Shown: one piece after another, positions 27,107-40,385 of the stretch
Layout: the number at the start of each line of letters is the position of its first letter
How positions within the stretch are numbered: the stretch's first letter is position 1
Source of the DNA: an uncultured Thermoleophilia bacterium
GTDB taxonomy: Bacteria > Actinomycetota > Thermoleophilia > UBA2241
NCBI GenBank assembly: GCA_963767505.1
Contig: CAVYDV010000008.1
Span: forward strand, 50,683 to 114,682
Reading direction: 5' to 3'
Length of the DNA: 64,000 bases
Made by a program: the position numbers and the translations under genes
Notes under the pieces: model-generated
The model's input: the letters and a program-made list of their open reading frames with translations, nothing else
The model's database searches: none
What the model was told of the DNA's origin: nothing

Positions 27107-29149
27107 ATGGCCGAGTACAGGGTCTACAGAGCCGGTAGAGACGAGCCGGTGAGAAGTGTCTCGGGCGCGCCGGGTGGCTCGCGAGCGAGTCGCGGTCGTG
27201 CCGCGTCCCGGATGGCTCGCGGGCGCTCCCGCCTGGGCGCCTGGCTGCTCGGAGGCCTGCTGCTGGCCCTGCTGGTCTGCGTCGCGCTGATCGGTTGGCT
27301 TCACGGCCGCGACATCGTAGCCAACTCGCTTGCGGCGGTCGATATCGCGAGGCTCTCCGGCAGGGTCCCGGAGTGGGCTCTGCTTGGGGCGCCGGCCGTC
27401 GCCCTGTTCACCATCGCCCTGGTCACGGTCTACGTTGCCTTCGGCCGTCATGTCGTACTGAAGCTGATGGGCGTCGCGGTCGTCGTCGTCATGCTCGCCA
27501 CGCCGGGCCTCGCTCTTGGATGGGCGAGCGGCACCGTGAGCACGGTGAGCGACAGGACCGAGGAGGTCCAGGAGGTCGTCGCCAAGACGCAGAAGGCTTT
27601 GCGACCGGCGCTGCCCGGCGAGGCTGTGAACATCCTGCTCATCGGACGGGACGAGCCGCAGGAAGGCGACCCCGGCCGCTCCGACACGCAGATCCTCGTC
27701 CGCCTCGATCCGGACACGAGGAGCATCTCGATGATGTCCGTGCCCCGCGACCTCAGGGTCGACATTCCGGGCTACGGGCTGAGCAAGATGAACGAGGCCT
27801 ACTCGTTACGGCGGTCCGGCTCTCGTCGTCGAGACCTTCACCGAGCTCACCGGCCTGCCCGTCAACCACTTCGTCGTCGTTGACTTCGCGGCCTTCTGGC
27901 ACGCCGTCAATACCCTCGGGGGCGTGTACGTCCCCGTGGACCGACGCTACTTCAATCCAGAGTACAGCAGCTACAAGTCAATCGACATCGAGCCGGGCTA
28001 CCAGCTCATGCGCGGGCACGATGCCCTCGACTTCGTGCGCTTTCGCCACGACGAGACGGGCGACTTCGGCCGCATGCAGCGCCAACAGCTCTTCCTGAAG
28101 GAGGCGCAGCGTCAGTCCGATCGCTGGAGCGAGGACTGGACGAGGGTCGCCAGGATTGATCAAGGCGATCACCGCCGAGACGACGTCGGACATCGACTCT
28201 CTGAAGCGCCTGAAGCCTCTGGTCGAGCTCGTGTTCCAGGTGGATGCATCGGAGGTACATACGGTGCATGTGGAGGGAGCTACGCCGACCATCGACGGGA
28301 TCTCCTACGTGACTCCCACTCAGGAGGAGATCGCCAACGCCGTCGCGGAGTTCACGAATCCGACCCAACCGGCGGTCTCCAAGAAGTCCCAGGGCGTCTC
28401 ACAGAAGATGTACGACGTCACTGTCAGCAACGCCAGCGGCATCGTCGGCTTGGCCGACGCTGCGGTCGGATCAGCTGGCGGAGCTGGGCTACAGGATCAA
28501 GACCGGTCCCGACGTCCCCGAGTTCCCCGGCACCACCACGGTGGTCTACGCGCACAAGAGCCTCGCCGCCCAGGCGAAGGCCGTAGCTGCGACATTCTCG
28601 CCCTCAGACTTGCGCCTCATGGACCGTGCTCCTGGTGGGGCCGAAGGCATCAGGGTCTTCGTCACCTCGTCGTATCGACGGGACGATCATCGTTCCCGAG
28701 AAGGTCGTGCAGCCCCAGCAGACGCTGCTCGCCGACGCGGACTACGATGCGGGGTCCTGGTCGGCATTGGCGCAGAAGACCCCACTGCGCCTCGAGATGC
28801 CGAGCGGCTGGTCCCCGGGCTTCACGTACGACGAGTTCCGCGCCTACAAGCTCACCGATACGAAGGGAAGACGGTCGCCTGCCGCGGTCGCCGTGGCCAA
28901 GACGCCCGAGTGGAGGCTACTGGAGCATCCAGACGATGCGCTGGCTCAACCCGCCGGCCATCGCGGGAGCCCAGCGACACCCGGGTCATCAAGGGGACGA
29001 AGTACCTGCTCTTCTACGAGGGAGCTCACCTTCGGATGGTGGCGTGGAAGCGCAAGAACACGCTCTATTGGGTCCAGAACAGTCTGCACAATGACCTCTC
29101 CAACGATCTCATGCTAGGACTCGCGACGTCGTTCAAACGCGTGCAGTGA
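27107..29149 (+). CDS. LCP (LytR-CpsA-Psr) family phosphotransferase with 3 TM, LytR_C and an extra C-terminal domain; several frameshifts
   Basis: NILLIGRD..GRSDTQILVRLD, SVPRDLRV.IPG.G.SKMNEAY, ALDFVRFRH.E.GDFGRMQRQQ. Confidence 0.88.
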
Positions 29150-30816
29150 GGTCTCTGCGGGCAGTTCTCGGGAGGCTGGATCCTTGGGCTGCGCTGCTGC
29201 TCGGCGTTCTCGTCACACTGGGCGTCGTCATTCTGCTGGCCACTCCCGGCCCGTGGCGGAAGGTGGTGGGCTTCTCGCCTCAGGGAGGTCTCGCGTCGTC
29301 GCCGCCGACTGATGTCGCGGTGTTCGTGCTGGGCGCGGGCAACGGCGACTGCACAGGAGTCGTGTGGCTACACGTCGACCACAAGCGCCGCTCGCTGACG
29401 GCCAGCGTCCTTGCTCCTCAGACTCAGGGGTATGTGCCCGGCGGCGGCTATGTGCCGCTCGATCGAATCGTCGACGACCTCGGGGCGTATGCCGCGGCTG
29501 CGGCTCTGAGCACGGTCCTCGGCGTGGAGATGGACACATGGGCCAGTCTCGACCGCGACGGCCTCCGCCTTGCCGTCGCGCCGATGGTGAGCGGCGGTCA
29601 GGGGCGGCCACGCCTGCGCCTGTACGCGGCGGCAGGGCGGGCCTGGGAGGGGCGGGGCGTGGGGGATCCCTGGCCGGAGCAGTACGAGACACTGCGGCTG
29701 TCGTTGCCTCAAGTAGAGCTCAAGGACCTCAACGTCGTCGCCTTCGCCAACTACGTACTGGGCTTCGGGATCGTGCGAAACGAACTCGATCTGCAGGCCG
29801 CCACGTCACTGGCGAAGACGCTCAAGACCGTTCGCCCATCGCAGGTCAGGGTACGCGCCTGCCCCGCGGTCGTGGATACGTGCCGCGGGGCCGAAGCATG
29901 GGACCTCGATCCGATCGCACTGCGGAGCTTGCGTCATAGCCTTGAGGTAGGCCTGAGGCCGCCTCCCAGCGAGCCGGTCGCTGTGGCTCGCCGACGCGAG
30001 GCGAGAGTCCTGATTGTCGTGCCTCAGGGCGCCTTGGCCGTGGACGCCTACGTCGACGAGGTACGCCAGAGCTTGGGTCGTTCATCCGGGGCGCCGGTCG
30101 CCGTGCGCGTCGTGAGGGCCGCGCCGGCGAGGCTGGCGACCGCTGTCAGGGCCGTCTTGAACGAGTGGCGTCCGCTCGCGGTGCTCGTGGCGCCGCCGCG
30201 AGCGGACGCCCAGACGGAGGGCCAGGCGAGTGCCCTTCAGGAACTGGGTGTGCTCATGAGCCGCCGGGACCAGCCCGCGGTGATGAGTCTGCCCTGGCGC
30301 GCTCCGGCGGAACAGGCCGGCGGTCGCGGAGGCGTGGAGACGGGTCGGCTCGCGGCGGTCATCGAGTCCATCGGGTTGCCGGTCTCGCGGATCTCCGGCG
30401 GAGGGACGGCGCAGACTGACGGTGGGGCGTCACGACTTGAGTCGTCGCGCGAGGTCGCGCGCGCCAACGTCGAGACGCTGGTCCGGGCCTGCTGGCCCGG
30501 CGTCCTGGCGCCGCGCCTGGCCTCGACGCGCTTGGGATTCAGCTTTGCGGCCGGCCGGGAAGTGTCTGTCGGAGTGATCGCACCGAGCAGGGGGTCGGCC
30601 GAACGCGCCATGGATCGCTTGCGTCTCTGGGGCTACGAGCCGACGGCGCTCTCCTCTTCTGAGTGGCAGCCGGTCCTGGACGAGGGGGCGCTGTACTATC
30701 GGGAAGGGATGCGCAGGCCGGCGCTGGCTCTCGGCGGCGATCTGGGGATGCGGCGAAACAGTTTCGTGGCCGCCGACTCTGCGCCGGCCGACCTGACGCT
30801 CGTCCTCGACGAATGA
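29146..30816 (+). CDS. Second, degenerate LCP-fold protein with C-terminal LytR_C-like domain
   Basis: TM anchor, then VAVFVLG...VVWLHVD....TASVLAP.T.GYVPGGG..PL...V..LG.EMD.WASLD..GL follows LCP beta-strand spacing without catalytic Arg/Asp; ends LYYREG....ALALGGDLG...DLTLVL. Confidence 0.65.
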   Translation: MRSLRAVLGRLDPWAALLLGVLVTLGVVILLATPGPWRKVVGFSPQGGLASSPPTDVAVFVLGAGNGDCTGVVWLHVDHKRRSLTASVLAPQTQGYVPGGGYVPLDRIVDDLGAYAAAAALSTVLGVEMDTWASLDRDGLRLAVAPMVSGGQGRPRLRLYAAAGRAWEGRGVGDPWPEQYETLRLSLPQVELKDLNVVAFANYVLGFGIVRNELDLQAATSLAKTLKTVRPSQVRVRACPAVVDTCRGAEAWDLDPIALRSLRHSLEVGLRPPPSEPVAVARRREARVLIVVPQGALAVDAYVDEVRQSLGRSSGAPVAVRVVRAAPARLATAVRAVLNEWRPLAVLVAPPRADAQTEGQASALQELGVLMSRRDQPAVMSLPWRAPAEQAGGRGGVETGRLAAVIESIGLPVSRISGGGTAQTDGGASRLESSREVARANVETLVRACWPGVLAPRLASTRLGFSFAAGREVSVGVIAPSRGSAERAMDRLRLWGYEPTALSSSEWQPVLDEGALYYREGMRRPALALGGDLGMRRNSFVAADSAPADLTLVLDE

Positions 30817-30894
30817 CGCCGACTTCGGCATCGGGGCCGGCCGGTAGGGAGAGGGCGTCCTCCGAGCCTCCCGAGGGCGCTGCCACCGGGACAT

Positions 30895-30921
30895 GAGAAG
30901 GGGCGCCCCGAGGGGCGCCCC
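30895..30921 (-). terminator. Hairpin terminator for the small minus-strand gene
   Basis: GGGGCGCCCC-TC-GGGGCGCCCC followed by TTCTC on the minus strand. Confidence 0.55.
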
Positions 30922-30947
30922 GACACACGTCACGCCTGATGGCTCTG

Positions 30948-31313
30948 CTAGCCGCGCCTGCGCAGCAACGCTCCGCCGCCGATCAGACCGGCACCGCCGG
31001 CCAGCAGCAACAGCAGTGGGGCACCGGTGAAGGCGAGCTCACCGCTCTGCGCCGCCGGCTCCTGCAGACTGGCGAGGTAGTCCTCGAGCTCGCCCTTCAC
31101 GTCCGAGTACTGTGTGCTCGCCGGATCGTTCTCCAGGTAGGCGAGCGCCGCATCGATCTCGGCCGCCGTCCAGTCGCCGTCGATCTGCCCGTCGGCCGCG
31201 TCCTTGATGATCGCGTCGATCGTCGCCTGCGAGACGGCCGCCTGTGCGACGACCGCGAATGCAAGGACGAGCACCACGGCCAGCGCCACGATCGTCAGAA
31301 GCTTGGTCCTCAT
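30948..31313 (-). CDS. Small secreted protein with LAxTG sortase-type sorting signal
   Basis: Signal peptide ending AQA; acidic ~70-aa core; C-terminal LAFTG, hydrophobic helix and RRRG tail. Confidence 0.8.
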   Translation of the reverse strand: MRTKLLTIVALAVVLVLAFAVVAQAAVSQATIDAIIKDAADGQIDGDWTAAEIDAALAYLENDPASTQYSDVKGELEDYLASLQEPAAQSGELAFTGAPLLLLLAGGAGLIGGGALLRRRG

Positions 31314-31353
31314 CGTTCCCCCTCATCTCCCGGACTCCCAGTCACGAGCCAAG

Positions 31354-31359
31354 TATACT
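31354..31359 (+). promoter_or_regulatory. -10 hexamer TATACT giving a leaderless transcript
   Basis: 7 nt upstream of ATG 31367; no SD. Confidence 0.55.
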
Positions 31360-31366
31360 GCGGAAG

Positions 31367-33402
31367 ATGGACGATAGGCGAGAAGACGGGCGAGACGATC
31401 GGGGCTGGGCTCGAGGCGCACGCGATGTCTTGCCGTTCGCCGTCACCGTGGCGGCCGTGGCCGTCTTCTCCTTCCTTTCCGGCGGCTACATCATCAGTCG
31501 CAGCTCTCCCGTCGCCATCGCTTATCTGCTCATCGCGGCCGTGTGGGTGTGGTTCCTGCGTCGCAGGACGCGGCCCCCTCTGCTGTACCTGAGTGCTCTG
31601 GCCACGTTCGGTCTGTTCGTCGCCTGGGTCGGGCTCTCGGTGCTGTGGTCGTTCGGTCCCGACTTGAGCTGGATGGCCTTCAACCTGGCGGCCTTCTACC
31701 TGGCGGTAGCGGCGATGCCCGGTCTCGTCACGGTGCGCGGCCCTCAGTTGCGCGTCGCCGGATACGGCTTCCTCGCGGTCGCGGTCGCGGTCGCCGTGTA
31801 CGCGTTCCTGGGCAAGGCGCTCCCCGACGTCGTGACTCACGCTCACCAGTACGCGCGTCTCGCGAGTCCGCTGGGGTACTGGAACGTCCTTGCGCTCATG
31901 ATGGCGATGGGCCTCCCGATCGCTCTGGCGGTCGCCGGAGATCGCTCCATCAGGGCGCTGTGGCGTTCCGTCGCGGCCGGCGCCGCCGTCCCACTGTGCT
32001 TCGCGTTCTTCTTCGCGTTCTCTCGCGGCGGCTGGCTTGCCGCAGCTGTTCTCCTCCTCTTCTACTTCGCGTTCTCGACCACGCGTCTGGCGAGCTTCGT
32101 GAGTCTCGTCGCCATCGTCGCTCCCGCGGCGCTCGGTCATCTGGCGTCTGCGCGGGCTGGAGACCCTCTTCGAGGCGACGTCCGACGCAGCCCTGCGCTC
32201 ATCGCAGGGGCATACCTTGCTGGTGTGGTCGCTCGTCGCGTGTGGGGCCACGATCGTGGCGCAGGCGGCGGTCGCTGTCGCGCACTCCGCCGTGCCTTGG
32301 CCGCGGGGCGTCCGTCTCGCCGCCGGTTCGGCGGTGCTCGTCGTGCTGGTCGGCGTCGCAGTCGGCGGTACCTGGCGGTACGTCGACGCGCGCGGCGGTG
32401 GGGAGTGGGCTCGCGAGCGAGTCCAGTCGTTCGTCTCTGACGGCGATGAGGCGAGCTCCACGAACAGCGCCGGTCGGCTTGTCTCCGTGAACACGTACCG
32501 GCTGCCTCTCTGGCGCGAGGCGCTGGATCAGTCGGAGTATGCACGTCTCAGCGGGACCGGCGCGGGCACGTTCCCCCTCACGCACTACCGTTTTCGTACA
32601 GATCCCGGCGTGGTGAAGCACGCCCACAGCCAGTGGCTGAACGTCCTCAGCGAGCTCGGTATCGTCGGCCTGGCGCTGTTCGCGGCGAGCCTGGGCCTTC
32701 TCGCCGCCGCGGCGATCGGCAATCCGTTCGCCGATCGCGGCGATCCGTTGCGACCGTTGCTGGTCGCTCTGCAGGCCGGGGTGGTCGGCTTTCTCGTCCA
32801 CATCTCGTGGGACTGGGACTGGGATATGGCGGCGGTGGGCGCCCTGTTCTTCCTCTTCGCCGCAACGTGCTCGGCGTATCTCGGCACGCGTCGCGGCATG
32901 CGCGGACTCGCGCCGGAGGGCTTGCCCGACGACCCCGCCGAGCGTCTCTCGGCTGCCCGCGGGGCGCGACGGCCGCTCAGCGTGCCACTCCGCGCCGCAG
33001 CGTCGCTGGCTCTCGTGCTCCTGGCGGTCAGCTGGGCGTTCCCCTATCTTGCGGCGCGCGCCGAGAATGCAGCCTTCACGGCCTCCGCGGAAGGCGACGC
33101 GGTGGGGGCCCTCGAGCACGCCCGGGCGGCCTGCCCGCAATAATCCTCTGGCCGCCGATCCGCTGATCACCGAGTCCCAGATTCTCCAGCAGCTCGGTCG
33201 CAATCGCGAGGCGCTGACCGTTCTGCGCGCTGCCGCCGAGCTGCAGCCGGACAACTACGACGTGCATCGTCAGCAGGGCTTGCTCTATCTCAAGGCGTTC
33301 GACCGCAAGGAGGCCGCCGCCGCCGCCTTCGAGCGTGCGCTCTCGCTGAATCCGCTTGATGCGGAGCTGCAGCTCGAGCTGGTTCGAGCTCGGGGACGCT
33401 GA
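31367..33402 (+). CDS. O-antigen ligase (Wzy_C) family membrane protein with C-terminal TPR region; frameshifts near 32140 and 33140
   Basis: About 12 TM; RL.SPLGYWN.LA, FAFSRGG, GTGAGTF, HAHSQWLNVLSELG.VGL, HISWDWDW; TPR-like C-terminal repeats. Confidence 0.82.
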
Positions 33403-33422
33403 GGCTGGCGGCGGAGGGCCTG

Positions 33423-33431
33423 TGGTAGACT
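33423..33431 (+). promoter_or_regulatory. Extended -10 (TGgTAGACT) upstream of ugd
   Basis: TG-n-TAGACT; forms the left arm of an 8-bp inverted repeat. Confidence 0.45.
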
Positions 33432-33466
33432 CCCGGCGGGTGCAGGTGGATGCTCCCTGAGTCTAC

Positions 33467-34819
33467 ATGGAGGTGTGTCCCGGCATGGATGCTGTTGCCC
33501 CGATCGGGGTCGTCGGAACAGGATACGTCGGCCTCGTTTCGGCGGTGTGCTTCGCCCATCTCGGCCACCGCGTCGTCTGCATGGACATCGATGCCGCCAA
33601 GATCGAGCGTCTCGGCCGCGGCGAGATTCCGATCTACGAACCAGGCCTCGAGAAGCTGATCGACGACAACCGGCCGCGGCTGTCGTTCACCACCTCCTAC
33701 GACGAGCTGCTCGACGCCTGCCGCGTGCTCATCATCGCCGTCGACACCCCGCCATCGCCCTCGGGCGACGCCGATCTCTCCCGCGTGCAGTACGTGGTGC
33801 GCGAGATCGCCGCCAGAGGAGGGCAGCGGCTGCTCGTCATGAAGAGCACTGTCCCGGTGGGTACCGGAGAGAAGGTCATGGCCGATCTCGAAGCGCTCGG
33901 CGCGACGGCGATGACCTACGCCTCCAACCCGGAGTTCCTGCGGGAGGGCGCCGCCATCCAGGACTTCCTCGAGCCGGACCGCATCGTGATCGGCGCTTTC
34001 CGCAAGGAGGACGCCGTCGCCGTTGAGGATCTCTACCGCGGCATCGACACGGACGTGCTGCACACGAGCGTTCCCACTGCCGAGATGGTCAAGTACGCCT
34101 CGAATGCTTTCCTCGCTACGAAGATCTCGTTCATCAACGAGATCGCCAACGTGTGCGAGCAGGTCGGCGCGGATGTCCGCACGGTGGCCCGGGGCATGGG
34201 TCTGGACCACCGGATCGGTCCCCACTTCCTGCGGGCCGGCATCGGGTACGGAGGCTCGTGCTTCCCCAAGGATGTGCAGGCTCTCAAGCAGCTGGCGGGC
34301 AACAGCGGCTACCACTTCCAGCTCCTCAACGCCGTCCTCGAGGTCAATGCCCTGCAGAAGCGGCGGGTGGTAGGCAAGCTCAAGAAGCGTCTCGGCGCCT
34401 TGCACGGCACGACCGTCGCGCTTCTCGGCCTGACGTTCAAGCCACACACGGACGACCTGCGGGAGGCGGCCTCGATCGTGCTCGCGGCGCGACTGCGCGA
34501 CGAGGGTGCGATCGTCCGCGCCTGCGACCCGATGGTGGCCGCCGGCAGTCACCCGCTATTTCCGGGTGTGACGATCGTCGAGGAGCCGCTTGAGGCGCTG
34601 GAGGGCGCCGATGCCGTCGTGCTCGTGACCGAATGGCCGGAGTACGTGCGCCTCGACTGGGTCGCCGCGGCGGCGGCGATGCGGCGCCCGATCGTCATCG
34701 ATGGCCGCAACTGCATCGACCCTGCCGTGGCCGCTGCGGCCGGAATGGAGTACGAGGCCATCGGGGTCTCGGAGGACGAGCCGCTGCCGGCCAGCGAGCC
34801 TGCCCAGGTCGTGGTGTGA
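33467..34819 (+). CDS. ugd: UDP-glucose/GDP-mannose 6-dehydrogenase
   Basis: GVVGTGYVGL, KSTVPVGT, SNPEFLREG, KYASNAFLATKISF, GGSCFPKD; alternative ATG at 33485. Confidence 0.93.
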   Translation: MEVCPGMDAVAPIGVVGTGYVGLVSAVCFAHLGHRVVCMDIDAAKIERLGRGEIPIYEPGLEKLIDDNRPRLSFTTSYDELLDACRVLIIAVDTPPSPSGDADLSRVQYVVREIAARGGQRLLVMKSTVPVGTGEKVMADLEALGATAMTYASNPEFLREGAAIQDFLEPDRIVIGAFRKEDAVAVEDLYRGIDTDVLHTSVPTAEMVKYASNAFLATKISFINEIANVCEQVGADVRTVARGMGLDHRIGPHFLRAGIGYGGSCFPKDVQALKQLAGNSGYHFQLLNAVLEVNALQKRRVVGKLKKRLGALHGTTVALLGLTFKPHTDDLREAASIVLAARLRDEGAIVRACDPMVAAGSHPLFPGVTIVEEPLEALEGADAVVLVTEWPEYVRLDWVAAAAAMRRPIVIDGRNCIDPAVAAAAGMEYEAIGVSEDEPLPASEPAQVVV

Positions 34820-35981
34820 GCGGGAAGAGCGACGGACTCCCCGAGCAGGCGGTCATCCTCGTCGGAGGGGCGGGAACTCGTCTGCGGCCGATCACCTCGA
34901 GAGCGCCCAAGCCGGTCGCGCCGGTCGTGGAGCGCCCCTTCGTCGCGTACATCCTCGACCTTCTGGCTCGCCACGAGGTGCGCCGCGCCATCTTCTCGAC
35001 CGGCTTCCTGGCGGCGGCCATCGAGGCGGAGATCGGTGACGGGTCCGCCTACGGTCTCCAGGTCGACTACGCCGTCGAGGCGGAGCCCCTCGGCACGGCG
35101 GGTGCGCATCGCCAACTGCGACGAGGTGCTGGACGATGGCCCGTTCCTGGTCTTCAACGGCGACGTGCTCAGCGATGTCGATCTTACGGCGCTGGCGCAC
35201 CTGCACGCCGCCAAGGGCGGCATGGCGACGATCTTCCTGACGCCGGTCGACGATCCGCGCCGCTACGGCCTGGTCGAGTTGCGCGAGGACGGCAGTGTCG
35301 CGGACTTCCTGGAGAAGCCAGGGGAGTGGCAGGGCGCCGCGCTCATCAACGCCGGCGTCTACGTGCTGGAGCCCGAGGTCCTCGAGATGGTACCTCGCGG
35401 GCCGCCTCTTCTCGATCGAACGGGGCGTCTTCCCCAAGCTGGCCAGGGCGGGCTCGCTGTACGGCTACGTGGATGAGCGGATACTGGCGCGACATCGGCA
35501 CCCCGGACAGCTACCTGCAGGCTCACTTCGACATCCTCGAGCGGTCCGTCGACACCACGGTCGCCGGCATCCTCGGCGAGCAGTACCTCTACGTGGCGCC
35601 TTCGGCCGAGACTCGATCCCAGTGCGCATCTCGTCCCGCCGTGCTATGTCGGGGAGGGCGTCTCTGTGGGGCCGGGGGCCAAGGTCGGACCGCTCGCCGT
35701 ACTGGGCGCCGGCGCTGTGCTCGCGCGAGGGCGCGTCGGTGCTCGAGTCGGTGGTTCAGGAGGGTGTCTCGATCGGCGCCGCATGCGCAGGTCGAGCGCA
35801 GCGTCATGGTACGGCGCAGCAGTGTCGGCGCAGGTACTCAGTTGAGCGGCGCCGTACTGGGCGAGGACTGTTCGGTCGGTGCCGGGAATCGCCTTGCCGG
35901 GGGCATCTGCCTCTATCCCGGGCACGGTCCTGCCGGACAATGCCGTCCAGTTCTCGGACGGGCTTCGTGGAAGAGAGGTGA
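34816..35981 (+). CDS. NDP-sugar synthase (mannose-1-phosphate guanylyltransferase-like) with hexapeptide LbH domain; multiple frameshifts
   Basis: ILVGGAGTRLRP, PKPV.PV, EPLGTAG, VFNGDVLSD, INAGVYV, YWRDIGTP. Confidence 0.82.
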
Positions 35982-35983
35982 CG

Positions 35984-37347
35984 ATGATCCCCGACAGCAT
36001 CTTCAAGGCCTACGACGTGCGCGGGCCTGTATCCCCAGGAGCTCGACGAGGCGACGGCCTACATCATCGGCGGCGGCGCTGGCCCAGCAGCTGGGCGCGC
36101 TCCGCGTTCGGCGTCGGCATGGACCCGCGGCCCGTCGTCGCCGGGGCTCGCTCGACGCGTTCGCCGCGGGCGCCGCCGCCGCCGGGGCCAGGACCGCCGA
36201 CTTCGGGCTGGTGCCGACCGAGATGCTCTACTTCGGCGTGGCCTCGCGGGCGCTGGACGGCGGGGCCATGATCACCGCCTCTCACAACCCGCCGCAGTAC
36301 AACGGGATGAAGCTCGTCGGCGCAGGGCGCGCTGCCGCTCAGCGGCGACGCCGGCATTCCCGAGCTCAAGCGAGCGTCGTGCCAGGCCATGGCCGGCCTG
36401 CCGCCGCGACGAGCCCAGCGAGGTCACGCAGGACGGCGGTCGACCTGTATCCCGCGTACGTGGACCATCTGAACAGGCTCGTCGACGTCACCGCCTTCGC
36501 GCCCTACCGCGTCGTCATGGACGCCGCCAACGGCGTGGCCGGCAAGCTCGCGCCCGCGCGTCTTCGACGACACCCCGATCGACGGCGTCGAGATGTACTT
36601 CGAGGTCGACGGCACGTTCCCCAACCACGAGCCGAACCCGCTGCTCGAGGAGAACCGCCGCGAGCTTCGCGAGCGCGTGATGGCCGAGAAGGCCGACCTC
36701 GGCATCGCCTGGGACGGCGACGCCGACCGCTGCTTCTTCATCGACGAGACCGGCGAGTTCGTGCCCGGCGACTTCGTCACCGCGCTGCTCGCCGAGGCGC
36801 TGCTGCTCGAGAGGCCCGGCGCGGCCATCCTCTACGACCTGCGCGCCAGCCGCGCCGTGCCCGACGTCATCAGCGCCAACGGCGGCGTCCCGCTCGCTCA
36901 ATCGCGTCGGGCACGCGTTCTTCAAGCAGCGCATGCGGCGCGAGGGAGTCCTCTTCGGCGGCGAGGTGTCGGGCCACTACTACTTCCGCGACAACTACAA
37001 CGTCGACTCCGGGCTTCATCCCCGCGCTGCTGATCCTCGATCTGCTCTCACGCAAGAAGGCCACGCTGGCCGAACTGCTCGAGCCGCTGCGCACCAAGTA
37101 CTTCATCACCGGCGAGATCAACTCGACGGTCGACGATGTCGACGGAGCGCTGCGACGCCTCGAGGAGCGTTTCGGCGACGGTGAGATCACGCGTCTGGAC
37201 GGCGTCTCCGTCGACTACGAGCATTGGCACTTCAACGTGCGCCCCTCGAACACGGAGCCGCTTCTGCGCCTCAACCTCGGTGCCGACAGCGAGGAGCTGA
37301 TGGAGGAGAAGCGCGATCTGGTCCTCGGGACCATCCGCGAGGCCTGA
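35984..37347 (+). CDS. manB: Phosphomannomutase/phosphoglucomutase; multiple frameshifts
   Basis: IFKAYDVRG, MITASHNP, FPNHEPNP, AWDGDADR, GGEVSGHYYF, VRPSNTEP. Confidence 0.88.
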
Positions 37348-37348
37348 G

Positions 37349-40368
<3,020 letters not shown>

Positions 40369-40385
40369 GCCGCTCGGCGCGACCC

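Noticed and set aside
35879-36271. Apparent NDP-sugar synthase-PMM fusion
   Set aside because: The region is full of indels, and PMM has its own SD (GAGAGG) and ATG right after a TGA at 35981; fusion cannot be supported without polishing.
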